From Clostridia bacterium (lineage in GTDB: Bacteria > Bacillota > Clostridia > Oscillospirales > Acutalibacteraceae), in NCBI GenBank assembly GCA_017936365.1, contig JAGBFS010000021.1, positions 1 through 55,699 of the forward strand: a stretch of DNA of 55,699 nt. Reading direction: 5' to 3'. The stretch's first letter is position 1, and each line of letters starts with the position of its first letter. Both the position numbers and the translations under genes were made by a program. Under the pieces are notes generated by a model, which did not search any database, had not been told where the DNA came from, and saw nothing but the letters and a program-made list of their open reading frames with translations. Shown here one piece after another: positions 1 to 9,059 of the stretch.

Positions 1-365
1 GAATCGTCGACGGCGCCATGTATCATCACGAGCGTTACGACGGAACCGGTTACTGCAAAGGTCTGAAGGGCGAGGATATCCCCTTCTTTGCCCGAATAAT
101 CGGAGTTGCCGACGCGTATGATGCCATGTCAAGCGCACGCTGTTATCGCCCGGCGTTAAGCCGCGAAAAGATCATAAGCGAGCTTGAGGATGGCTCCGCA
201 ACACAGTTTGACCCCACTGTTGCAAAGGTAATGCTTGAAATGATCGACGACGGTACCGCCGATCGCCTCGCCGAAAACTCTTCCGCCTGCGAACACGGCC
301 ATTCCAACATCCGTCTTTGCGATCTTGAGGAAAGATTCGAGCAATCCGATACTGACGAGCAATAA
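1..365 (+). CDS. HD-GYP-like metal-dependent phosphohydrolase, C-terminal fragment (5' end outside window)
   Basis: Frame is open to the window edge. Contains [10 protein letters not shown](C) and GVADAYDAM motifs typical of HD-GYP domains. A hairpin terminator follows. Confidence 0.7.
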   Translation, partial: IVDGAMYHHERYDGTGYCKGLKGEDIPFFARIIGVADAYDAMSSARCYRPALSREKIISELEDGSATQFDPTVAKVMLEMIDDGTADRLAENSSACEHGHSNIRLCDLEERFEQSDTDEQ

Positions 366-374
366 TGAATCCGA

Positions 375-410
375 AAAGGAGCAGATGACACAAATCATTT
401 GCTCCTTTTT
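375..410 (+). terminator. Rho-independent terminator
   Basis: aaaggagca...tgctccttt stem followed by a T run, directly after the stop at 365. Confidence 0.6.
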
Positions 411-597
411 CAATATGCAATAATCCTGCCAATATATCTTATCGGAAACAAAAATTATTCTCTTATTTTCCTCTGCTATAATAATTTTGCCGGATCGGTC
501 ATAAAACAAAGTTTTACATAGTAATATGTTGAAAAAAGGCCGATTTTGATATATAATTAAATTGCTATTTGAAACTGTTTCGAGGTGTATTGTTTTT

Positions 598-2286
598 ATG
601 GAACCGTTATTTAATCCCCAAAGTGACGAACAAACTACCATCCTTTCCTCCGACGAGCAAACAACGATACTTACCGGCGGCAATCCGCCCGCTGAAGAAA
701 TGACCACTTTGTTGTCTGATGCTCCCGCGGATGCCATCCCTGTTTTCTGCGACCCCGACTCCCTCAATATTAGCTTTGATGATGTCGCTGCAGACAACTC
801 CGCTCCTCCAGATATTATTTACTCAACAACCATGGAATCCGACAGCGAAACATCAGCACTCCAGCCGGTAACGGAATCTCTTGACCTCTATCCCATTTAT
901 GACTCAAGCAGCGAAGATCTGGTTCCTTATGAGCCGGAGGAAAAAAAGGGGCTTTTTGCTTCCATCGGCCGTTTCTGCAAAACCCACACCGCATTGATGG
1001 TATCGCTCGCAGCATTTCTTTTTGTTGCAATAGCTGCTCTGCTTCTTCTTAATATTTTCCTTTTCCAGCCGCTCAAAACATACAACAACGCAGTCAAGCT
1101 GCGCGATGAGGATAAGTACGCTGAAGCCATCGCGGAATTTTCTTCTATCAGCAACTTCCGCGATTCGCAGGAGCAGATAACCAAGACCCGTTATGTACAC
1201 GGCTGTGACCTGTACGATCAGGGCAAGTACTACGATTCCTACAAGGAATTTTCCGCCATTGAATATGAGGACAGCGCCGCTCGTTCTCTTTTGAGCCACT
1301 ATATGTACGCAACCGAGCTTATGAATTCCGGAAAGCTGACCGATGCAGCCTCCCACTTTTCATCGCTCGGCGACTATACCCCCCCGGCACAGACCGATGA
1401 AACCGGTGCCGTCGTAAAAGCATACGATTCCAGCCCGGAGATGCAGAAGCTCTGTAATTACAAATACGGCCAGCACCTGCTCGGCTCAAGACTTTTTACC
1501 GAAGCCGAAGCCGTCTTTTCCGAGCTTGGTGATTATACTCCCAAATCCTCGGTCGATCCCGCTACCGGCCAGCCCATAAACTACAGCAGCAGCGCCATTA
1601 TGGCGAAAGAGTGCGGTTATCAGTATGCCTGCAGCCTTTACACCGCAAAAAACTATGCCGATGCCGCAACGGCATTCGAGGGGCTCAGCGGATATAAGGA
1701 CAGCGCAAGACAGGCTCTGCACATGCACTATCTTGTCGCAAAGGGACACATGGAAGCCGGTCTGTACGAAACCGCAATCGATGAATTCACTGCTATAAGC
1801 TCCTACAGCGACAGCGAGCGCAAAGCAAACGACTGCCGTTATTATTACGTTAAGAGCCATTTTGATAAAACCAACTCCACAACGATGGCATACATCGATC
1901 ATCTGAAGTCGGTTGGTTATCCCGGCGCACAGAAGCTCTACAAGGATCTTACCAAATGGACAATAAAGATCGTCACCAATACAAGCTCAAGCGATACTGC
2001 TACAGATATGCGTACCGCAAGCGTATTTTCCACATGGTACTTCCACATGACGGTCAACGGCGGCCCGACCGACGGAAGGCTTCGTATGCGTTACCAATAC
2101 ACATGGCCGGACGGAACAAAAACCTCCTACACCCCCAGCACTACCGCATACGACGGCTGGCGCGGCTATGATTACGAGAGTTACTCCTACTTCGACGATT
2201 GCAAAACCGGCACATTCACCATCCGCGTATATAACGCAGATACAAACGAACTCCTTGCTTCTGACAGCATAAAACTTATCAACTGA
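598..2286 (+). CDS. Hypothetical single-pass membrane protein with TPR-like repeats and a beta-rich C-terminal domain
   Basis: ATG at 598 lies 10 nt after GAGGTG; the track start at 562 is TTG. One hydrophobic helix (ALMVSLAAFLFVAIAALLLLNIFLF). Repeated 'F..LGDY/F..IS.Y.DS' helical units. Confidence 0.65.
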   Translation: MEPLFNPQSDEQTTILSSDEQTTILTGGNPPAEEMTTLLSDAPADAIPVFCDPDSLNISFDDVAADNSAPPDIIYSTTMESDSETSALQPVTESLDLYPIYDSSSEDLVPYEPEEKKGLFASIGRFCKTHTALMVSLAAFLFVAIAALLLLNIFLFQPLKTYNNAVKLRDEDKYAEAIAEFSSISNFRDSQEQITKTRYVHGCDLYDQGKYYDSYKEFSAIEYEDSAARSLLSHYMYATELMNSGKLTDAASHFSSLGDYTPPAQTDETGAVVKAYDSSPEMQKLCNYKYGQHLLGSRLFTEAEAVFSELGDYTPKSSVDPATGQPINYSSSAIMAKECGYQYACSLYTAKNYADAATAFEGLSGYKDSARQALHMHYLVAKGHMEAGLYETAIDEFTAISSYSDSERKANDCRYYYVKSHFDKTNSTTMAYIDHLKSVGYPGAQKLYKDLTKWTIKIVTNTSSSDTATDMRTASVFSTWYFHMTVNGGPTDGRLRMRYQYTWPDGTKTSYTPSTTAYDGWRGYDYESYSYFDDCKTGTFTIRVYNADTNELLASDSIKLIN

Positions 2287-2302
2287 TAATCTTTAAAATT
2301 AC

Positions 2303-2340
2303 AATCCCCCGAAACGGATTTAAATCCGTTTCGGGGGATT
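2303..2340. terminator. Bidirectional terminator (38-bp perfect inverted repeat) between convergent genes
   Basis: aatcccccgaaacggattTAaatccgtttcgggggatt, flanked by A/T on both sides. Confidence 0.75.
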
Positions 2341-2351
2341 TATTCATACGG

Positions 2352-3284
2352 TTATTTTACAAGCTTGTCGATAATATCGTCAAACTCTTCGGTCTTTTCA
2401 TCGGGGAACTGCTGATGCGCGCAAACGACATCCCAATTTTCCACAAGCGTGACCGATTCGCCCTTTGCAATCGCCATCTGTCCGCCGAGAGCTTCGACCT
2501 CAAGCGAATTTGCATCGGTATAGGATTCAAAATTGCAGCCGTAATCAGGATAATCGGCATTTGCGTCGAAGCTGAACTTCTTGACAAACAATTGCCCTGC
2601 AACGGCATATCCGCACCAGCCGGTCTCATTGTTGCAGCCGAACTTAAACGAGCGATTGATGCCCATATCCTGGCGGAGCTTTATGTATCTTGAGGATACG
2701 GAAAATCTGTCATCGTTCATATCGGCATACGGCCAGTAAACGATTATACGGTTTGCAAGCGGACTGTCATCACGCGTATTCTGCGGAACAACGGCAACGC
2801 CGCCCTTGCGAACCTGTGTTATACCCCACGGTGCAGTATACCAGCTATCCTTGTGACCGTTATTTGTCACAGTCTGTGTTACCTTGACTCCGGCGCCGCT
2901 TTCTTCAAGCTGAACGGATATCGAATACGCAATGCCGTTCGACTGTGCCGGAGGTGTAAATCTTGCGCCGTTCTCTATCTCCTCCCACTCAACGGGAACA
3001 TCATCGGGATAATATGTATCCGGCAATCTTTCCGGCGTTGCCCAGATTCTGTGTCCACCCAGCATCAGATATTTATCCTTGCCATAGGCTTCCTTTATGG
3101 TCTTATCATCCGAGCAAACCGACAGCGTATCGTCCACAAAAAAGAAGTTTTCGCCGCCAAACGCTTTGTAAGAGATAATTCGCGGTCCGCGGTCGATAGT
3201 AACAAGAAGCTGTGCATCACCGTTTGATATCTCAACGCATCTGCCCATGTGGACAAGCTCGGTCAATTTGATGAAAACTGCCAT
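2352..3284 (-). CDS. Hypothetical protein; an aldose-epimerase-like/DUF4380-like fold is suspected only
   Basis: 310-aa ORF with no competing frame and an SD upstream. The family assignment is recollection of similar sequences, not a search. Confidence 0.6.
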   Translation of the reverse strand: MAVFIKLTELVHMGRCVEISNGDAQLLVTIDRGPRIISYKAFGGENFFFVDDTLSVCSDDKTIKEAYGKDKYLMLGGHRIWATPERLPDTYYPDDVPVEWEEIENGARFTPPAQSNGIAYSISVQLEESGAGVKVTQTVTNNGHKDSWYTAPWGITQVRKGGVAVVPQNTRDDSPLANRIIVYWPYADMNDDRFSVSSRYIKLRQDMGINRSFKFGCNNETGWCGYAVAGQLFVKKFSFDANADYPDYGCNFESYTDANSLEVEALGGQMAIAKGESVTLVENWDVVCAHQQFPDEKTEEFDDIIDKLVK

Positions 3285-3315
3285 AACATTAATCTTCCTT
3301 TCCGTTCTCTTATTT

Positions 3316-3663
3316 TCAGCTTATAAGTGAATCAAGGTCATCTTCGCTCAATCCATCGGGGAAATCATTTGCATCAAGCTCGCCGTCTTCCAATATCTCT
3401 TCTGCAATCTCCTCTGCCGCCTCTTTTGCCTCCTGGGCTTCCTTCTCTATCTCTTCGGCGACATCTTCGATCTCGTCTTCAAGCTTATCAAGTATCTCAT
3501 CAGCTTCTTTTTGATTAAGTTTGTTTTTTGACAGACGGAATTCGCCGCTTAAGCTGCGCTCCCTGTTGTCACTCTTCTTCACAAAATCAATAACATACTT
3601 TGCTGCAACCACAGCTCCGGCAGCAGCCGCTGCCAATGCAACCACCTTAACAAAGTTCTTCAT
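3316..3663 (-). CDS. Small membrane-anchored protein with a highly acidic coiled C-terminus
   Basis: ATG at 3663 is preceded by AGGAGG. N-terminal Ala-rich TM helix, then an E/D-rich tail. Confidence 0.6.
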   Translation of the reverse strand: MKNFVKVVALAAAAAGAVVAAKYVIDFVKKSDNRERSLSGEFRLSKNKLNQKEADEILDKLEDEIEDVAEEIEKEAQEAKEAAEEIAEEILEDGELDANDFPDGLSEDDLDSLIS

Positions 3664-3710
3664 CCTTATACCTCCTGTAATATTTATTCTAAAAATTACC
3701 AATAGTCGCG

Positions 3711-4550
3711 TTATTCGGCTAATAATTTATAAATTTCGCTCTTTTTGTGACCCGTTTGCCTTGCCGCTTCTTTCGCCGCGGCCGATGCCGCCATTCCGTC
3801 ATCCATCAGCCCTCTGGCAATCTTCGCCGCCGACTGAAGGTCAACCTGCTCTTCTTCCTGCGGCTTTGCACCTTCAATAATTATAACAAACTCGCCACGC
3901 GCCGGATTTTCTTCGTAAAAAGCAACCGCCTGAAAAAGTGTGGTTCTGATAACCTCTTCATGCAGCTTTGTCAGCTCGCGAGCCAGAGCTATCCGCCGAT
4001 CGCCAAGCGACTGGAGCAGATCGCGCAGAGTGTTGAGCAGCTTATGCGGAGCTTCGTAAAAAACCATAGTCCGCCGCTCGTCCTGTATCTGCGACAGATG
4101 CTCCCTCCGGCTTTTTCCGGAAACGCTCAAAAAGCCCTCAAAGCAGAATCTTCCCGTGGGCAGCCCCGACATCGCCAGCGCGGTAACCACCGCCGACGGT
4201 CCCGGCACACAAAGCACCTTTATCCCCCGTTCATTGCACATATCCACAAGCTGTTCACCGGGATCGCTTATCGCCGGCATTCCGGCATCGGTAACAAGGC
4301 AGCAAACCTCGCCCGATTCAATGCGGTCGCAGATCTCATCCGAACGACCGTTCATGTTATGCTGATAATAGCTTATCAGCGGTTTTTTTATTCCAAAATG
4401 GTTAAGCAATTTGAGCGTGACTCTTGTATCCTCCGCCGCAATAAAATCACAGCTTTCAAGAGCATCCTTTGCTCTGGGACTGAAATCACCCAGATTACCT
4501 ATCGGTGTACCAACAAGCACAAGCGCACCGTTTTTTTGTTCATTGCTCAT
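3711..4550 (-). CDS. rsmI: 16S rRNA (cytidine1402-2'-O)-methyltransferase RsmI
   Basis: LVGTPIGNLGD..S.RA...L...D.IAAEDTR N-terminus and tetrapyrrole-methylase-like body. Synteny with the yabB-like methyltransferase matches Bacillus. Confidence 0.92.
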   Translation of the reverse strand: MSNEQKNGALVLVGTPIGNLGDFSPRAKDALESCDFIAAEDTRVTLKLLNHFGIKKPLISYYQHNMNGRSDEICDRIESGEVCCLVTDAGMPAISDPGEQLVDMCNERGIKVLCVPGPSAVVTALAMSGLPTGRFCFEGFLSVSGKSRREHLSQIQDERRTMVFYEAPHKLLNTLRDLLQSLGDRRIALARELTKLHEEVIRTTLFQAVAFYEENPARGEFVIIIEGAKPQEEEQVDLQSAAKIARGLMDDGMAASAAAKEAARQTGHKKSEIYKLLAE

Positions 4551-5295
4551 TCTTCACGCTTCCCCTTGTCGTTCTGTATTGCTCATAAAGACGGTCGAGC
4601 ATCGGCGAATCATTGCCCTTTTCATCGCGCATAACAAAGGGCTTTTCCCACAAAAGCGACGGCTTTCCGCCTCTTTTTCCTTCGGTAAGGATAAGCCACG
4701 GCGCACCGCCCGGCGTATTCTGAACCACGCGTATACGCTTCGGCTCTATTCCGTTTTCCCTCATAGCGCCAAAAACATCGACCGTTCGTTCCGGACGGTG
4801 ACAAAGGCAAAGCCTTCCGCCGTATTTGAGCAAATATTTCGCCGCAGCACATACATCAGAAATGCTGCACTCAAGCTCGGTTCGTGCCGTTGCTCGCTCC
4901 GGATCGGGAGAAATATAACCGCTGCGCGGATCGAAATACGGCGGATTGCAGCAGACCATGTCAAAATGTTCCCTGTCGACCACACCGCTTATTTTACGCA
5001 TATCGATGCACATTACCTCAAAATGCAATGTGTCACCGTTCACCCGCGCTGTCTGCGATGCAAGCTCGCACGCTTCCTCACTTATATCTATTCCGAGGAC
5101 GGTGCGAACCTCGCCCTTTCCCAGCCACAAGGTCGGTATTATTCCGCAGCCCGTTCCAAGCTCGCAGACGTTATCCTTCTTTTTCGGCGCTGCAAAATCA
5201 GCAAGCAGAAAAGCATCCGTACCAAAGGTATGCTGATCGCTGACAAGGATATTACGGCCCTCGCCAAGAGGCTCTATCCTTACTGCTATACCCAT
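4540..5295 (-). CDS. SAM-dependent methyltransferase, tRNA (adenine-N6) TrmN6/YabB-like
   Basis: ELGTGCGIIP SAM-binding loop and NPPYF motif. ATG at 5295 is chosen because homology starts there; the track start at 5448 adds 51 non-conserved residues. Confidence 0.78.
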   Translation of the reverse strand: MGIAVRIEPLGEGRNILVSDQHTFGTDAFLLADFAAPKKKDNVCELGTGCGIIPTLWLGKGEVRTVLGIDISEEACELASQTARVNGDTLHFEVMCIDMRKISGVVDREHFDMVCCNPPYFDPRSGYISPDPERATARTELECSISDVCAAAKYLLKYGGRLCLCHRPERTVDVFGAMRENGIEPKRIRVVQNTPGGAPWLILTEGKRGGKPSLLWEKPFVMRDEKGNDSPMLDRLYEQYRTTRGSVKNEQ

Positions 5296-5374
5296 ATACA
5301 CCCCAAAAATACGCAAATGGCGGAACGTCTGATATATGACGCTCCGCCGGTGCGTTAATGATTTTGTGTCTAAA

Positions 5375-5542
5375 TTACTCCGCCTGAGGAGCACCGACAG
5401 GGCAGGAGCCTGCACATGCGCCGCAATCGATGCAAGCAGCAGGATCAATCACATAAGGATTACCCTCGGAAATAGCGGAAACGGGGCAATCAGCTGCACA
5501 TGCGCCGCAGCCGATGCAATCTTCGCTGATTTTATATGCCAT
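5375..5542 (-). CDS. fdx: 2x[4Fe-4S] clostridial-type ferredoxin (55 aa; absent from the ORF track)
   Basis: Hand translation: MAYKISEDCIGCGACAADCPVSAISEGNPYVIDPAACIDCGACAGSCPVGAPQAE*. Two CxxCxxCxxxCP motifs, and GGAGGTG 6 nt upstream of the ATG. Confidence 0.88.
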   Translation of the reverse strand: MAYKISEDCIGCGACAADCPVSAISEGNPYVIDPAACIDCGACAGSCPVGAPQAE

Positions 5543-5663
5543 AGTTGCACCTCCAAATTCAGATTAACTACATTCTACTATATAACAGCCGAAAATTCAA
5601 GTTTTTTCGCCATTATACCCCTTAAAATTTATTCCAGACCTTCCAGCACCTTTTATGCCCTTA

Positions 5664-6521
5664 TCAGCCTGTAACCTCACGGAGCCATTCTTCCAATGTT
5701 TCACATGAAACTTGTTCCCTTTCGGCCTTTTCAAGAAGCTCACGGCATTTAAGCCTTAGCTTGCTCGCCTTGCTTGCCGAAAGCTTGCCGCGGCACTTTC
5801 GTGTATATATCCTGCTACAGGCCGCACGGCATGCGCTCTTGAGCGAATCGGCATTGACCCTCTCGCTGTGAGCCCTTACCGCACCTACATCGCGGCAATA
5901 TTTTCCATCCACCGTCTTGCCGTCACAATAAAGCCGGTTTCTTCTTCCCGGCATAAAGTATCTTCCGCAGCTCGGGCACACCCGCGGTGCGTATCCAAGA
6001 GAAAGTGATTTCATCATATCAAAAAGAAGAAGCTGAATAAGCGAGGGGAATATGTATCGCAGGCCGATTTCTCCGCCGATTATATCAAACTCCACCTTGG
6101 GCGATATAATTCCGGGCAGAACCGTCCTTTCCAGCATATCTTCCTTTCTCAGAGCATCGGTGATTGACGGAAGCTTTTCCAAAAACAGCTCCAGCGCCTG
6201 TGCGTCGCTTCGATCATCGGAGCGGCATTTTGTAAGAAAATGCCTCATATATACTCTAAAACAGATGATCTCGTCAATCATCCTGTGCAATTCTTCGCAA
6301 TCGCACTTCTTCGCGAAAGCACCAAGCCATCCAAGCTCGGACATCGCATCACATATCTTTGCCTCCGCATTGCGCGCGCTGTAAAGCTTGCTGAGCCTTG
6401 TCACCAGCTCTTTATCCATCGCCAGTATATCGGTCGCCGCAAACCCGGGCTTTCCCCTTTTATCCGCCGCGATGGCAAATCCATCCGTATATTCTATTAC
6501 AAAAGTCACTTTGCTATTCAT
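5664..6521 (-). CDS. Hypothetical protein with a C-terminal Cys-rich (zinc-ribbon-like) and basic helical region
   Basis: ATG at 6521 follows a purine-rich SD. CPSCGRYF...YCDG...YC cluster. Confidence 0.6.
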   Translation of the reverse strand: MNSKVTFVIEYTDGFAIAADKRGKPGFAATDILAMDKELVTRLSKLYSARNAEAKICDAMSELGWLGAFAKKCDCEELHRMIDEIICFRVYMRHFLTKCRSDDRSDAQALELFLEKLPSITDALRKEDMLERTVLPGIISPKVEFDIIGGEIGLRYIFPSLIQLLLFDMMKSLSLGYAPRVCPSCGRYFMPGRRNRLYCDGKTVDGKYCRDVGAVRAHSERVNADSLKSACRAACSRIYTRKCRGKLSASKASKLRLKCRELLEKAEREQVSCETLEEWLREVTG

Positions 6522-6698
6522 TCCCCTGCCCCTTTTTTGTAATAAACCATTTTCGAAAATTACCTTTATTGCAATTCTATATACATTTTCTTTCTTTGTC
6601 AACACTTTTACTTCTTTTACTTTTTATAAATTTCTGTTATAATAAAATATAGCAATAATTTTATGGCTTGATTTTGCCTAAAGGAGCTGGAACGTCAC

Positions 6699-7562
6699 AT
6701 GAATATAAGAACCCTGTTCGACAATAAAAAACCGGTTTTTTCGCTTGAAATATTTCCGCCCAAGCGTTCTTCATCCATCGACAGCATCTACAGCAAGTTA
6801 GACAGCTTTATGGAGGTAAAACCCGACTATATAAGCGTAACCTTTGGCGCCGGCGGAAGCGAAAACGAAAACCTCACCTGCAAGCTTGCCTCGGATATAA
6901 AGACGAAATACGGTGTTGAGCCGCTCGCACACCTCACCTGCATACATTCAACACGCCAGCAGATCGACGCACAGCTTAACGCATTGAAAAACGCCGGAAT
7001 TGAAAACGTGCTGGCTCTGCGCGGTGACCGTGTGGAGGGCATGGAGCCAACCCGTGACTTTGCTCACGCAAGCGACCTTGCCGCATACATAAAGGATTTC
7101 GGCGGCTTCAATATAGTCGGCGCGTGCTATCCGGAGGGACATCCCGAATGCAGCTCCAGAGGCCAGGATACTTTCAACCTCCGATACAAGGTGGATGCCG
7201 GCGTTACACATCTTAATTCACAGCTCTTCTTTTCCAACGATGACTTTTATGCCTTTCTGGAAAGACTCCGCGCGGCCGGAATCAACGTCCCTGTCGAAGC
7301 CGGCATAATGGCCGTAACCAACAAAAACCAGATCGAACGCATGGTATCTCTGTGCGGAGCAAGTCTGCCGGCAAAATTCACACGCATAATGGCGCGCTAT
7401 GAAAGCAACCCTGCGGCTCTCTTTGACGCGGGTATCGCCTATGCCGTGAACCAGATCGTTGACCTCATCGGAAGCGGAGTGGACGGTATACACCTTTATA
7501 CCATGAACAATCCGGAGGTCGCTCTTCGTATATACAGCGCTGTTCGCAATCTTCTCAACTAA
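6699..7562 (+). CDS. metF: Methylenetetrahydrofolate reductase
   Basis: FSLEIFPPK N-terminus, SVTFGAGGS and LALRGD motifs. AAGGAG SD upstream. Confidence 0.9.
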   Translation: MNIRTLFDNKKPVFSLEIFPPKRSSSIDSIYSKLDSFMEVKPDYISVTFGAGGSENENLTCKLASDIKTKYGVEPLAHLTCIHSTRQQIDAQLNALKNAGIENVLALRGDRVEGMEPTRDFAHASDLAAYIKDFGGFNIVGACYPEGHPECSSRGQDTFNLRYKVDAGVTHLNSQLFFSNDDFYAFLERLRAAGINVPVEAGIMAVTNKNQIERMVSLCGASLPAKFTRIMARYESNPAALFDAGIAYAVNQIVDLIGSGVDGIHLYTMNNPEVALRIYSAVRNLLN

Positions 7563-7695
7563 AGAATAAATATATTCCTTTCTGCAAATGATATTATCAA
7601 TACCGCGAAAAGGATCAAACTGCGGTTTTACGCTGCGCCTGCTGTCGGGCACACCGTAAAGCCGCATACTTTTCGAAGAAAGGAATATTTATAAA

Positions 7696-8124
7696 ATGTC
7701 TGAAAACAGAGAATTACTTGAAAGCATATATAAAAATGCCGAGATGGGACGCGATTCCATCGAACAACTCACCGAGCGTACCGACAACGAAAACTTTCGC
7801 GACGCCTTAAACCAGCAGCGAAGCGAGTACCAAAGCATCATGGACGATGCTCGCAGGCTCCTTTCCGATCACGGCCACTCTCCCGAAGGCGTAAGTAACA
7901 TGGCAAAAACCTCCGCCCGAATGATGGCAAGCGCAAAAACCTCGATCGATCCGTCGGTCGGAAACATGGCCGAAATGATGATAAAGGGCAGTACAAAAGG
8001 TATCGTCAAGCTCACCTCCGAGCTGAACGGTTATACAAATCTTGACACCGATGTCCACACCCTTGCAAACAAGCTTCTTCACACCGAACAGAATAATATA
8101 GACCAGATGAAATCATTTCTCTGA
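7696..8124 (+). CDS. Hypothetical helical protein (four-helix-bundle-like)
   Basis: 142-aa ORF with SD and downstream terminator. No recognisable catalytic motif. Confidence 0.55.
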   Translation: MSENRELLESIYKNAEMGRDSIEQLTERTDNENFRDALNQQRSEYQSIMDDARRLLSDHGHSPEGVSNMAKTSARMMASAKTSIDPSVGNMAEMMIKGSTKGIVKLTSELNGYTNLDTDVHTLANKLLHTEQNNIDQMKSFL

Positions 8125-8134
8125 TAAAAAATTA

Positions 8135-8166
8135 AGGACCGGCGAATATCGTCGGTCCTGTTTTAT
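8135..8166 (+). terminator. Rho-independent terminator
   Basis: aggaccg...cggtcct stem followed by a T-rich tract. Confidence 0.6.
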
Positions 8167-8177
8167 TGTTTTTAATT

Positions 8178-8870
8178 TTAGCCTCTTTCGTTGCGACGAA
8201 GCTCTACCGCAATGCCAAATATGCGGACATTCTTTTCCACAAGCTCTGCCGTTGTAAGATAGAACTCCTCCTGAATAGGATCAAGCGGATAGATAACCTT
8301 ACCCTCGCGCTTCTGCGTAACTCTTGCAAGGAAAGCATCCTGTCCGTCCATTGCAATGATGCAGGTCTGATCCTTTTTGGGCTTCTGTTTTCTTTCAAAA
8401 ACAAGGAGATCACCGGAAAAATATCTCGGCGCAAGACGTCCGTTAGGTATGCGATAGCCGAAATATTCCCTGCCGCCCACAAGCCATGCTGTGGGGACAA
8501 GCTCGGTAACGGTCTCGTCAAGCTCGCCGGCATCGGGGCCCGTCATTTTTGTGAATACCTTTATGGAAAAACCTGTGGTCTCAACACCCTGTGCCGGTGT
8601 AGGCTCACACATAACATCGGTCTTTCCGAGGATATAGTCGCTTGAAACACCAAGTATCTTGCTAAGGCAATAGATCGTGCTTGCCGAAGGCTCATGGATA
8701 CCGTTTTCGTATTTCGATATCATTCCCTTGTTTGTGTTTGCTCCAAAATCTCTGTTGAGTCTGTCGGCGATATCGTTGAGGGAGAGTCCTGCATCTCTCC
8801 GGACAGCGTTAAGACGCTTTCCGATCTCAATCATGCTCGCCTTCTTTTCTGCTGTGGTAGGTTTTCTCAT
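8178..8870 (-). CDS. XRE-family HTH repressor fused to an S24 (LexA/CI)-like C-terminal domain
   Basis: The N-terminus has the IGKRL...R...GLS...A..L... HTH pattern. The C-terminus ends ...IFGIAVELRRN as in CI/LexA S24 domains. ATG at 8870 follows GGAGTG. Confidence 0.78.
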   Translation of the reverse strand: MRKPTTAEKKASMIEIGKRLNAVRRDAGLSLNDIADRLNRDFGANTNKGMISKYENGIHEPSASTIYCLSKILGVSSDYILGKTDVMCEPTPAQGVETTGFSIKVFTKMTGPDAGELDETVTELVPTAWLVGGREYFGYRIPNGRLAPRYFSGDLLVFERKQKPKKDQTCIIAMDGQDAFLARVTQKREGKVIYPLDPIQEEFYLTTAELVEKNVRIFGIAVELRRNERG

Positions 8871-9059
8871 AATTAACACTCCTGTATTATATTATATGAA
8901 CATTTTCATGCCCATAAAATCTGCCCATACCCCCATACATGACCAATTATATCACATTATTTCCAAAAATAAAATACCTATATCTCAACTTTCTGCATAT
9001 CCAAACATATAATCTTTAAATTATGCACCCATGCATATCAATCGCCCCATATCATAACG

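Noticed and set aside
3747-5358. Long plus-strand ORFs (3747-4634, 4411-5358) overlapping rsmI and the yabB-like methyltransferase.
   Set aside because: They are antisense shadows of genes with clear motifs. Their products are Arg/Ser/Cys-rich with no SD and no domain pattern. The same applies to 156-797(-), 10984-11772(-), 12193-12915(+), 26542-27174(+), 34207-35157(+), 50033-50671(-) and the other short antisense track ORFs.
5697-5712. Third parS (TGTTTCACATGAAACT).
   Set aside because: It has two mismatches, including the central CG. It lies inside a coding region about 39 kb from the origin. It is kept only as a note.
8178-8870. Prophage or mobile element around the CI-like repressor.
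   Set aside because: There is no integrase, excisionase, terminase, structural or transposase gene, and no flanking direct repeats. The neighbours are ordinary chromosomal genes.
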